The notes under the pieces were generated by a model. It worked only from the letters and a program-made list of their open reading frames with translations, was not told where the DNA came from and made no database searches. Positions 1 through 11,057 of a stretch of 64,000 nucleotides of DNA are shown one piece after another (positions within the stretch are counted from its first letter, which is position 1; every line of letters starts with the position of its first letter). The stretch covers positions 378,200,001-378,264,000 of the forward strand of contig OZ024743.1 in the NCBI GenBank assembly GCA_964016885.1, written 5' to 3'. This stretch comes from Eledone cirrhosa (taxonomy: Eukaryota). The translations under genes and the position numbers were made by a program.

Positions 1-249
1 AGCAAAACTGTGGCTTAAAACGTGAGGAAGAAGTTGTGTGCACTTACCAACTGTTTGGGGAATGAGTGTGAGATTTATCTTGAGCAAGGGTGGCTGAATA
101 ACCGGAGGCAGCAGACAGCCAGACATACAGACAGATATTATAAGGGCGCGTTCTGGATGCAGAGCGAATTGTAGGAAGTGACGTAATTCAGACAGCCAGA
201 CATACAGATATTATAAGGGCGTTATATGTATGTATCTATCTAAAAAGAG

Positions 250-458
250 AAAGACTTTAGAATTATAAAGAGAGATCGCTAAATCGCCTAATGCGGTCCC
301 TAGGGCATTGAAAATTTGAAATTTTTTTGCTCAGAACACTCCCTGAAACATAAGTATTACATGTATAAAGTTTCAAAACAGTCGGTTAGGTGCTTCTCTA
401 GTTTTAGGGATTCAAACTCACACACACAGACAGACATCCTCAGTTTTATATATATAGA
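250..458 (-). mobile_element. Helitron/HINE-like non-autonomous element, 5' end fragment
   Basis: Minus strand begins TCTATATATATAAAACTGAGGAT followed by (GTCT)n/(GT)n. A 5'-TC plus GTCY microsatellite is typical of Helitron-related non-autonomous elements. Inner boundary uncertain. Confidence 0.5.
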
Positions 459-605
459 CAAGGCCAGCAATTATCCAGTACATTACTGGTACTTTATTTT
501 ATCGACCCCGTGAGGATGAAAGGCAAAGTTAACCTCGGCGGTATTTGAACTCCATGCTATGAAGCATGGTGTCCAACTCTACAGATTCTGCCAATCCACC
601 GCCCT
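459..605 (-). mobile_element. tRNA-derived SINE family A, internally deleted copy
   Basis: Reverse complement contains GAGTTCAAATACCGCCGAGGTTAACTTTGCCTTTCATCC...GTCGATAAAATAAAGTACCAG, matching the copies at 2731, 11399 and 19900. Confidence 0.85.
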
Positions 606-884
606 AATGTCTGTACGTCATGAGGGAGTGAGAGGGGAGAGAAAGAAAGGCAGAAGTGAAGTGACGAAGTGACTCTCTCCTCCTCCTCCATCTCCCCATT
701 CGTCACAGCGATAGAGGTGAGGAATGTTAGTGTGTTACAAAGAGAAAGAGTGAGAGTGAGAGAAACAGACAGACTAAAAGAGAGGGATAGCTGGAGAGAG
801 AGAGTGATAGCAACCACGTGCGCACGTGTTTCCACTGTCGGACAGACAGACAGAGAAATTGCTGGTTATATATTATAAGGAGAT
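606..884 (-). mobile_element. Second Helitron-like 5' end fragment
   Basis: Minus strand ATCTCCTTATAATATATAACCAGCAATTTCTCT(GTCT)n, then a CT-rich tract. A similar CCTTATAATAT(..)CTGT motif is duplicated at ~112-148 and ~188-221. Confidence 0.4.
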
Positions 885-1146
885 AGTAGAGTAATTAGTG
901 TTATATGTTGTTTTAGAAGTAGGTACTGAGAGTATATCAGGGTGTCTAAATTATTTATTTATTTGGTTATTAAGAAAAATTAGAATTGTATTAGGTGAGA
1001 GATCAAAGAAGGGGTTTATTAATATATATATATGTAATGGTGATAATTTGATAACTAAGAAGGAATATCTGACAGGATATAGGTTGGTGTGGTTTGTTTA
1101 AGTTAAGGTGTAGTTATATAATTACAAAAAGCTAATGAAATAAATT

Positions 1147-3661
1147 TAAAGGTAGTAGTATAGAATTATTTCCGACAGTGGTTTATATGAAGGGGCCTTA
1201 TCTATCACTCCCCATTCTAAGGTATATGGTATATTACTTGATTTTAATGAATGTATGTATGTATGTGGATAGTGAAGTTACATTATTAAGTTTAGGGTTT
1301 CTAAACGAATGGAGGCGCAAATTATATCTGGTCTTAAAACTATTCGATGTTGAACCTATATAAACCTTCGAAATTTGATTGGCAGTGACAATACAGGAGT
1401 AGATGTCTTTAATAAGGCAGTTATTATTTAATGGGCATGTTCTATTAGGTCTACAATTACAATTGTTTTGGTAACTAGTATATTGGTTAAGGGGGTATGA
1501 AGTTGAGCGGTTATTACTGTTTATACTTCTAGTATTAAGATTATGGTAAGTATTATTATTATTACTATTACTTGCAATATAGTCCTGTACTGAGCTATTG
1601 TTAAGGTTATTTCTATGTTGGACATTATTAACTTGGTGTAATTTGAAGTACTTTTAATCTTCCTCTTGTTACTGCTAGCTATATGGTCTGCGATGTTAGG
1701 TGTGGTGGAGTAAGAGATTTTAATAGTATTTTTGTTAAATAGGTTATGGTATTTATGGTTAATTGGGAAGTTTTTATCTAAAATAGAGAAGAAAGCTTTA
1801 GGTATGTTGGTGGAGACATTTAAGTTGAAAGGAGGATTGAAAAATGTGTTACTTCTTCTATTCTTCTTATGATGGTTATTTATATTATTGTTTTGTGTGG
1901 TGTTAGGTACAGTATTATTTATATTTTTGTTTTTAACATAATTTTTCTTTCTGTGGTTTTTCTTAGGATTATTGTTGTGGTGGGAGTTAACTATATTGGA
2001 GTCGGGATATTCAATACTATCATTATATTTAATTTTATTCATGGCCATGTTATGTGAAATTATATTAGATTGTTTATGAATAGATGATGGTTTAGGTTTA
2101 AATTTAATTTTATCTCTATGGCCTGAATGAGCTAAGGCTTCATTATAGTATTGGGAGTTATGGTTAAATATAGTCTCGTTGTAAGAAAGACTAGAAATTC
2201 TATTAGATACCTCTTTAATGATTGAGCTCAATACAGATTTGGTGGTTAGAGTTGGTATTAACATAAAAAAGTTTTTCATTTGGTTTATGATAAGGTGTAT
2301 ACGTTTTAGAGTCTAAGTAAAGGGAAGTTAACATTTTTGGTGTTTTTATCTAAAGTGATACCTAAGTTCAAGTTTTTTAATATTTCATGTAATTGTTTTC
2401 TAGTTCTTTCTATATTAATTTTTTTTTTAATCTAAGAGGAAAAGTGTGTCATCTCGATAGAAACCACCATTAAGGTAAGCTAAATTCTTATGTATTTCAT
2501 TTAAGAGAAATAAACAAACTAAGTCTGTGACCTGTGCCGAGTCGCTAGATCCCATAGTGATATCGAAGTTCTTTGGTGTCCATAATTGATCTTCAAATAC
2601 AATTATGGTTTTCCTGGGATCTAGTAAGTTCACTATTATTCATGGCCAATATTAGTGCTTTATTTAAAAGGATTGGTGAAATAGAGGTGTAGTAAGAGTT
2701 TATATCAAATTGGATAAATTTCTTATTATTGGATTGGCAGTATTGGTAGAGGGTCGGATGCCATGCTTTGACGTATAGAGTTACGGCCCTTGCCTTTCTG
2801 AGTTCAAATCCCGCCAAGGTTAACTTTGCCTTTCATCCTTACGGGGGTCGATAAAATAAAGTACCAGTAATGCACTGGGTAATTGCTGGCCTTGTGCCTA
2901 ACGTAGAAACAATTATTTTCATTAATATTATTAAACCATTCGATTACTTCGCTAGCGTTTCCCCAGAGGTTCAAATCGATTTTTTGTTTAATTTGTGGGA
3001 TAACTTTATCCAAAATATTTTTACTAATAATAGCAATATCGGATCTGGAGGGGCAAATTAGTCTAATTGCGGGGTTGGTATTGAAGTCTTCCTTATGGTC
3101 TTTCAGAGAGAATTGTGGGGGATTAGGGGTGTATGGTTGAGTATATCTCTCTAGTCCTAATTTACATATTAAACTACGGGCTTCAATATTTATATCGTCT
3201 AGGTTTTTATGAGATGTTTTCTTGTAGATTTTATAGAGTTCATTATATATAAATTTTCTATATGTATCATAATCTAGGCTATATATGTTTTTAGTTTTAT
3301 CAGCTAGTACTAAGATATTCCTATTTTCATTAAAGTTTTTGATAGTGGAATTTAGGTTATTTAGGAAGTTGTTCTTCTTATTGTAGTGTTTTCTGTATTA
3401 AATTCTTTTAACAAATGACACAAAGTCATTTTCAAATGAGTTAAGTAAGGTATTGTGTGGTGGGCTTTTATATGTTTTGAAACCGTATGATTCAAACGAA
3501 GGTGCATCTTTCACAGCACGGTTCCTATCATAGTGGAAAGCTCTCCATCTAACTCTTTTAATAAAAGAATTGACACTATTAATCAGTAGTTTTTCTTATG
3601 TATCTTTAGATGAGATAGGTATGTTCTTTAAAGACAAAGGAAGATAATCTTTGATCAACAT
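1147..3661 (-). mobile_element. Penelope-like retroelement (Naiad-type), decayed RT + C-terminal GIY-YIG ORF
   Basis: Minus-strand translation across stops and frameshifts. N-terminus at ATG 3661: MLIKDYLPLSLKNIP...KRVRWRAF. RT motifs QFDINSYYTSI, FDITMGSSDSAQVTDLV and GGFYRDD. Thumb FNPPFNLNVSTNI...IKISYS. Linker CNCRPNRTCPLNNNC. GIY-YIG DIYSC...VYIGSTSNSFKTRY...TSLSTYIH...LEWGVIDKAPSY. Interrupted by a SINE at ~2731-2915. Confidence 0.9.
2731..2915 (+). mobile_element. tRNA-derived SINE family A inserted in the Penelope RT
   Basis: A-box-like TGGCAGTATTGG, B-box GAGTTCAAATCC, central GCCTTTCATCC...GGTCGATAAAAT..GTACCAG and tail GTAGAAACAATT. The RT frame resumes on both sides. Confidence 0.9.
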
Positions 3662-3974
3662 ACCGGTAATTTTATATATGTCAGCTCAACAAGAAGGAGC
3701 AGATATTAGTAATAATAATAATGTTTATACTTATATATGTTTTATATACAATTATAAATATGGAGGGTCGTACTAAGTACTATCCAGTTACTGGTAGGAG
3801 AAAAGGCTCAATGCAAATTCATTGCTCCTTATAATTTTTTTTCTGTAGCATAACATCCTTTTGTAAACAATTGTCAGCAATTAATTGTATTAAACTAAGA
3901 TTTGATTGTTTTAATATTTAGTATATATACATACATCTATGTATATATGTATATATATATACATACATCTATAT

Positions 3975-6900
3975 ATCATCATCATCATCATCATCACCAT
4001 TTTACGTCCGTTCTTCCACGCTAGCATGGGTTTAGACAGGAATTGTCCCACTTGAGGCAAGATTGGTTGTCTTGCTCGTATAGGACTGTCTGGCGGGTTT
4101 TCTACGGCTGGATGCCCTTCCTAACACCAACAACGTTTACAGTGTGGACTGGGAGGTTTTTACCGTGTTACCTACACGCCACATTACAGCATGGGCTGTG
4201 TGTTTTTTTGTCGTGACACCTACACGACCTCATTTATTTCAGACTGGATGTTGTGGCACCAACATAACTTTACATCGAAAGGGGTGGTGTAGGTAGGGTA
4301 GTGGGATGGGGGTATATTTTTGGTTAGGAGGTGCCTACTGACTGTTGGTTTTGCTTTGTACTTAGGCAAGGCGGGTCTTCTGTATTACTGTGTAACGCCA
4401 AAGATCTCGGTCCAGTGACATTGTCTTGGAGAGGTGTGTGTAAGGTCGGAATTTATCAAATCATCCCAGGTTTTTCTGGGTTTGCCTACTCCGTAGCTTC
4501 CATCTATTTTGATCACCCTGCACTTTTTTATACAGCTGTCGTCTTTCATGCGCATCACGTGGCCATACCAACGTAGTCTTCTCTCGAGTAAACTGATCCC
4601 TCTTATTCCTAATTTCTCACTTAGTTCATTTATACTTTGCTGTTCACGTATATTACTATTGCACATCCAACGGAGCATGCAAGCTTCGTTCCTCTCCAGT
4701 CTGCACAGATCCTCCTCACACAATGCCCATGTCTCACTGCCGTGTAACATTGCTGTTCGTATGCAGGCATCATACAGTCTGCCTTTCATTTTTAGGGAGA
4801 AACCTTTAGCGGCCAATAGTGGTATAAGCTCTCTGAACTTTTTCCATCCCGTTCTGACTCTAGCTACTGTACTTTCAGAGCACCCTCCACCACTGCTGAT
4901 TTTGTCGCCCAGGTAACGGAAGGTGTCCACTATTTCTATAGAACCATCTAGGCAATAGAAGGAGCTAGTATCCTGTGGGCACTTGCTGCTACTTATTGCA
5001 CCTGAGCACCGGCCACATATAAAATCTATGTTCTTAGTTAGCTTACCTGTGATCCCACTACATCTTTTATGTACCCATACTTTACATTTGGGACATAAAA
5101 TAGAGTTTCTTCCTATTCCTTTCCTACACACTGAGCATGGCCATTTCCCACATGGGACCAGTGCCGTATTTTCCTTCCTACATACTAGAACTTTAGTCTT
5201 AGACAAGTTAATTTTAAGGCCTTTTGATTCTAGGCCATGCTTCCAAGTTTGTAATTTCTTCTCTAGTTCAGCCATTGATTCAGCTATGAGTGTTAGATCA
5301 TCTGCGTATAGAAGTTCCCATGGGCAGCCAGTCTTGAACTCCTCTGTTATAGCCTGAAGGACAATAATAAATAGGAGGGGGCTAAGGACAGAGCCCTGAT
5401 GAACACCCGACTTTTAAGCTAAATTCTTCACTATATTCGTTGTTAATTCTAACCTTGCTGACTGTTTCTTTATACATGGCTTGTGTAGCTTTCACGAGCC
5501 ATTCATCAACACCTAGTTTTCTAAGAGCCCACCAGATAATGGAGCGGGGGACTCTGTTAAAGGCTTTCTTCAAGTCAACAAAAGCTAAGTATAGTGGTTT
5601 ACTTTTAGCTAGATACGTCTCCTGTAGTTTTTGTACAAGGAAAAGAGAGTCTGTGGTACTTTTACCTGACACAAACCCAAACTGCATTTCATCTGGATCA
5701 ATTCGCTCTCTGATTAGTTGCGCTATAACTTTTTCTGTGACCTTAATGACCTGGTCAATTAATTTAATGCCTCTATAGTTTCCCCTATCTAGAGCATCTC
5801 CTTTACCCTTGAAGCAGTTAATGATGATGATGCTACGCCAGTCATTTGGTATGACCCGGTTTACAATCCGGGAGACCATAGTGTGTCCCACCAATCCAGA
5901 AGCAACTATCTCTGAAGGCCCAGCTGCTTTGCCCGTCTTCATATCTTTGATTGCCTTACTTATTATACTACCTTCAACTTGTACTGCTGGTCCCTCTATT
6001 GGATCGATTTGGGGCAGACTATCTTTTTCCCACTTATTCTCCTCATTTAGTAGCCTCTCGTAGTGACACTTCCAAGCTACCTCTGTTGCCTTCAGCAGGT
6101 TAACTTTCAGGAATTCCCACTGTTCCTCTATACTGTACATCTCTAATTGCTTTTCCTTACTGTCAAAAGCATCAAGTAGTATGCTTTTAAATTTGTTACT
6201 GGCTGTGGGGTCCTTTAACTTCCATATTCTTTTTCTCAGAGTGGTCCTGCTCTGTTATCGAGTACGTCTCGTCCTGACTATGAGGTCACTAACTATGAGG
6301 CTATGTTGGGAGGTGCATTCTTCACGGGGGAGGGATTTAGTGTTTACAACCGACATTTTGTCACGTCTTCTGGTAAGGATATAATCTATCTGACTGGTGT
6401 GTTCCCCTGATCTATAGGTGATCAAGTGATTGTCTCGTTTTTTGAAGTTTGTGTTGCAGATAGTTAGGTTATTTGCGTCACAGAATTCTAGAATTCTGAA
6501 GCCTTCCTCATGGATTCCGTCATAGCCGTCACAATGTTGTCCAACATGACCATTTAGGTCGCCAGCAATAATTATGTAGTCACTGTCGGTTAGTTGGGAG
6601 GTAGTGAGCATTAGCGACTCATAGAATCTGTCTTTTATAACGCCAGTCAGTCCAGATTGGAGTGCATAAGCGGATATTATTGTCACAGTAGTTCTATTTA
6701 GGACAAATCTTATTTTAATTATTCTGTCGTTCACTCTATTTACGTCTATTACCTTATCTACCCATTTTTCTGCTAACATAATTCTTACTCACCCCAGCCC
6801 ATTTTCATTTCCCACCCAGAAAAGTTTATAGCATCGTTTTTTACCCACAATGAATCTAACAGACCCACCCCTCCACCTAGTCTCTTGGACGCAACAAGCA

Positions 6901-7230
6901 TCAACTTCCTTACGTTCAAGCCTCTCTACAACCTCGTTAGAGCGACCTTTTAAAGTGCCTACATTCATGGTACCAACTCTGAAGTTTTGGATTTCGTTTG
7001 ATGGGTGGAAGGGATGGGTTGGAGGTGTAGGGAGGGGTGAGGGAGATGGGGTTATGTTTGCCATCCGCGTCTGAAATAAAGAGGAATCCTTGCATTTTCG
7101 TCCGGCCACATGAGGTGTATTTATCTTTATCTTTGACATTGTCATTTGAGTGTCCAGATTCTTCATACTCTCCAGAATCCCACAGTCCATCTAGCATATC
7201 AAAGGCAACCAGGTTTAAACTTAAGGAGTG
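3975..7230 (-). mobile_element. RTE-clade LINE, near full length, decayed (APE endonuclease, RT, PHD-like finger, 3' UTR, (GAT)n tail)
   Basis: APE motifs GTMNVGTL, CCVQETRW, IIAGDLNGHVG, SQIDYIL, SQH. RT motifs NYRGIKL, QFGF, AFVDLKKAF, and LLYADDL at ~5300. C-terminal LHGSETW and RLRWYGHV. (cat)n tail at 3975-4000. Stops and frameshifts present; 5' boundary approximate. Confidence 0.95.
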
Positions 7231-7631
7231 AATAGCCGAGACGGTGGTTTTGTGTAAGAGATTGGTAAGAGAGACGTATAAGCCGTTGAATTATGATTGG
7301 ACCATCTAATAATGGTGGTGAGTGGGGGGGGGGGGGGGGGAAGTTAACTAGGTTTTTTTTTTTTAATCTAACCTATAAACGAACGTATAACAGTAATCAG
7401 TGTTTAAATATATATATATATATATATATATAGTTATAGTTGGGGAGGGTCATATTTGTGTATAATAATATTGCCAGAATTAATAACAGAACACACTCAC
7501 TGTTTGGTTGGTTTTCGCTTCTGTGTCTTTTATATCGGTTAATTTAATTTATTCGGTCCTCAATGTTACCATTGACTGACCAACGGTCAAAAATACAGAT
7601 ACAATATAGACACAAACACATATATATAGTC

Positions 7632-7676
7632 TAACAAAGTTCTTTCGTTGCACATCTGCAATATCGTCAGTGGTGC
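7632..7676 (-). ncRNA. Degenerate minimal type I hammerhead ribozyme
   Basis: Minus strand: CACCA CTGACGA TA TTGCA-GATG-TGCAA C GAAA GAAC TT TGTTA. Core boxes and stem II are intact; stem I is only partly paired. Confidence 0.65.
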
Positions 7677-8453
7677 TATTATGTTTCCTCCTGTTGTATT
7701 GTATGCCTACGCCATCTTTATTTAGTCTGTTTATTTATTTATTTTTTTGTCTTCTCTGCGCATGCATTTGCGTGTGTGTATAGTGTTTGATGTGTGTTCG
7801 TGTTTGGGTGACTGTGTATTGGCTATTGTATTCTATCTTAGTTTACTAGTGTGTGTTTATATGTGTTTGTTGTTATTGTTTGTTGTATGTATTTATTATT
7901 TATTTATACTTCTCTTAGGTCAGTATTTTTTGTTTGGGCGTTGTTGTTATTCCATTCATTTTTTCTGTTTAGCCTTGGCCTTCTAAGTTCTATTTCGCTG
8001 GCCTCTCTGATTGTTATCTGGCATGTTCGTATAGTACTGAACCGTTTTTTCGTCCTTTTAATTCCCGCCAGTGTTGGTCTATCCTTTCACCTATGCTACG
8101 AGCTGTCTCGCTTATGTATGTTGTTGTCATGTTTCTGCAAGTACCCTCTGTACATCTTATGCTATAGACTACGTTTCTAGTTTTACAGTTTATCCAGGGG
8201 TTTACTTTACATATAATACATTTCCTATTAGTACAGTGGGTTTTCTTAAAAGGGTAAGTTTTGCTGATCAGGGATTTTATGGTGGTTCCTGGCTTTTTTA
8301 CCACCTTAATCTTTAAGTGGGTCTTTCTACACTGGTTAGCTAATTTCCCTCCAGGGGTAGCGTCCACAAACATGACACTCTGGTATCTCTGGTTGTCGTA
8401 CCATGAGGTGGCTTTCCTTATCTTATGTCTAGTCCTATCTAAGCTATTCCATG
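7632..8453 (-). mobile_element. Penelope-like element 3' fragment (Cys-rich linker + GIY-YIG, 3' pLTR)
   Basis: WYDNQRYQSVMFVDATP...HCTNRKCIIC...NCKTRNVVYSIRC...YISETARSIGERIDQH, with out-of-frame continuation EASEIELRRPRLNRKNEW. A hammerhead-like motif lies downstream in the sense orientation. Confidence 0.85.
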
Positions 8454-8677
8454 ATTTGGAGATAAATATAGAGAATTAGTATATTTACCAACATATGTGT
8501 ACAGATGTTCACCTATGCTAGCAAATATATATGTTATGTCTTAGTTCCTTATTTTACGTCTTTCATATAATTGTTCTGCATCCCCCTGCATAGAACCACA
8601 TATATATTTGCTAGCATAGTGAACATCTGTACACATATGTTGGTAAATATACTAATTCTCTATATTTATCTCCAAAT
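8454..8677. repeat. ~80-bp near-perfect inverted repeat (arms 8454-8534 and 8598-8677)
   Basis: ATTTGGAGATAAATATAGAGAATTAG...GCAAATATATATGT versus its reverse complement, with one 1-nt indel and a 63-bp spacer. Confidence 0.95.
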
Positions 8678-8940
8678 TATTTGTTGAGCAAAACTTGCCA
8701 AAATTTACTGCTGATTCATGGTAGTAGTAGGCTCTTGTCATAATACCACCCCGCTCCTAACTGATTAACCTCAGTGTCACGTGATTGATTCTTTAGAATC
8801 TGCCACTGACCAGAGGCAGTGAATTTTTTCAGTGCTCCGGAATTTAGTCCTCGCTAGCTTTGTTCCATCCACTGAATTATTATTATTTTTATAGGGGTTC
8901 CTAGTGTCCGTGCATCGCCTGGGAACTTAGCTGAGAATAG

Positions 8941-9022
8941 ACTCCCTGATGATGTAAGGAATTCTCTATAGTTATATTATGTAACTATATTTATCCCCTT
9001 ACAGAAACTAATTAGTTGGAGT
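8941..9022 (+). ncRNA. Type I hammerhead ribozyme with extended stem II
   Basis: Stem I ACTCC/GGAGT; core CTGATGA (8946-8952); stem II TGTAAGG/CCTTACA enclosing hairpin ATAGTTATA/TGTAACTAT; GAAA (9004-9007); palindromic stem III ACTAATTAGT; predicted GUU cleavage triplet at 9015-9017. Confidence 0.85.
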
Positions 9023-9078
9023 GAAAATTTTAGTAAGTTGATTTTTAATTTTTAAAATTTCCTTATTTTACGTCTTTC

Positions 9079-9203
9079 ATACATCTATATATATATATAT
9101 ACATCTATATATATATATATATATATATACATACATCTATATATATATATATATATATATATACATACATCTATATATATATATATATATATATATACAT
9201 ACA

Positions 9204-9239
<36 letters not shown>

Positions 9240-9301
9240 CATCTATATATATATATATATATACATACATCTATATATATATATATATATATATACATAC
9301 A

Positions 9302-9335
<34 letters not shown>

Positions 9336-9366
9336 TATATATATATATATATACATACATCTATAT
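9079..9366. repeat. Compound microsatellite [(TA)n CATACATC]n
   Basis: Read directly from the sequence. Confidence 0.97.
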
Positions 9367-10561
9367 CATCATCATCATCATCATCAACGTTTAACGTCCG
9401 TGTTCCACGCTTGCATGGGTTTGGACGGGGGTAGTCCCACTTGAGGCAAGAGTGATTGTCTTGCTCGCATAGGACTGTTTGGCTTGTTTTCTACAGTTGG
9501 ATGCCCTTCCTAACACCAACCACATTTACAGTGTGGGTCTGGGAGGTTTTTACCGTGTTGCCTACACGGCCACATTACAGCGTGGACTGTGTGTTTTTTT
9601 GTCGTGACACCTACACGATCTCATTTGTTTCGGCCCGGATGGCGCGGCACCAACATAACTTTACATAGGACGGGGTGGTGTGGATGGGGTGGGGGTGGTG
9701 GTGGTGGGACGGGGTGTATTTTGTTAGAGATGCCTACTGGCAAGGCGGGTCTTCTCTGTTACTGAGTACCGCCAAAGGTCTCGGTCCAGTGACATTGTCT
9801 TGGAGAGGTGTAAGTGTGTGAGGTCGGAGTTTATCAGCTCGTCCCAGGTTTTTCTAGGTCTGCCTATTCCGTGGCTACCGTCTATCTTTATTGCCCTGCA
9901 CTTTGTTATACAGCTATCGACTTTCATGCGCATCACGTGTCCATACCAACGTAGCCTTCTCTCGAGTAAACAACATCTGATCCCTCTTATCTCTAATTTT
10001 TTCCTTAGTTCGTTTATGCTTTGCCGTTCACGTATATTACTGTTACACATCCAGCGGAGCATGCAAGCTTCGTTCCTCTCTAGTCTGCGTATATCCTCTG
10101 CACACAATGCCCAGGTCTCACTGCCATGCAACATTGCTGTTCGTATGCAGGCATCGTACAACCTGCCTTTCATTTTTAGGGAGAACCCTTTAGCAGCTAA
10201 TAGTGGTATAAGCTCTCTGAACTTTTTCCAACCAGTTCTGACTCTAGCTACAGTACTTTCAGAGCACCCTCCCCCACTGCTGATTTTATCGCCCAGGTAA
10301 CGGAAGCTGTCCACTATTTCTATAGAACCCTCTGCGCAATTGAAAGAGCTAGTATTGTGTGGGCACTTGCTGCTACTTATTGCACCAGAACACCGGCCAC
10401 ATGTAAAATCTATGTTCTTAGTTAGCTTACCTGTGATCCCACTACATCTTTTATGCACCCATACTTTGCATTTAGGACACAAAATGGAGTTTCTACCTAC
10501 GCCTTTCCTACACACCGAGCACGACCATTTCCCAGAAGGGACCGCCGCCTTGTTTTCTTTC
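9367..10561 (-). mobile_element. RTE LINE, 5'-truncated copy with open C-terminal ORF (9724-10515) and (GAT)n tail
   Basis: ORF highly similar to the 4385-5275 copy and ends ...TEKTRLASRHL; same 3' UTR. Confidence 0.95.
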
Positions 10562-10717
10562 TATATATATATACATACATCTATATATATATACATACAT
10601 CTATATATATATACATCTATATATATATATATATACATACATCTATATATATATACATACATCTATATATATATACATACATCTATATATATATACATAC
10701 ATCTATATATATATACA

Positions 10718-10767
<50 letters not shown>

Positions 10768-10865
10768 CATCTATATATATATATATACATACATCTATAT
10801 ATATATATATACATACATCTATATATATATATATACATACATCTATATATATATATATACATACA

Positions 10866-10904
<39 letters not shown>
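10562..10904. repeat. Compound microsatellite [(TA)n CATACATC]n
   Basis: Read directly from the sequence. Confidence 0.97.
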
Positions 10905-10907
<3 letters not shown>

Positions 10908-11057
10908 AATGTGGTTGGTGTTAGGAAGGGCATCCAGCTGTAGAAAACCCGCCAGACAGTCCTATGCGAGCAAGACAACCACTCTTGCCTCAAGTGGGAA
11001 AACTCCCGTCCAAACCCATGCAAGCGTGGAATATGGATGTTAAACGATGATGATGAT
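10905..11057 (+). mobile_element. RTE LINE 3'-terminal ~150-bp fragment
   Basis: GGTTGGTGTTAGGAAGGGCATCCAGC...AAACCCATGCAAGCGTGGAA...AAACGATGATGATGAT is the reverse complement of ~9370-9530. Confidence 0.92.

Noticed and set aside
880-1146. SECIS element or hammerhead in the Naiad 3' region
   Set aside because: I found no AUGA/AA/GA SECIS stem and no CTGANGA-GAAA pair by eye, and the visible linker cysteines are TGT/TGC.
4509-6384. Plus-strand ORFs of 67-135 aa (and 9800-10300)
   Set aside because: They are antisense shadows of the RTE coding sequence with no independent motifs.
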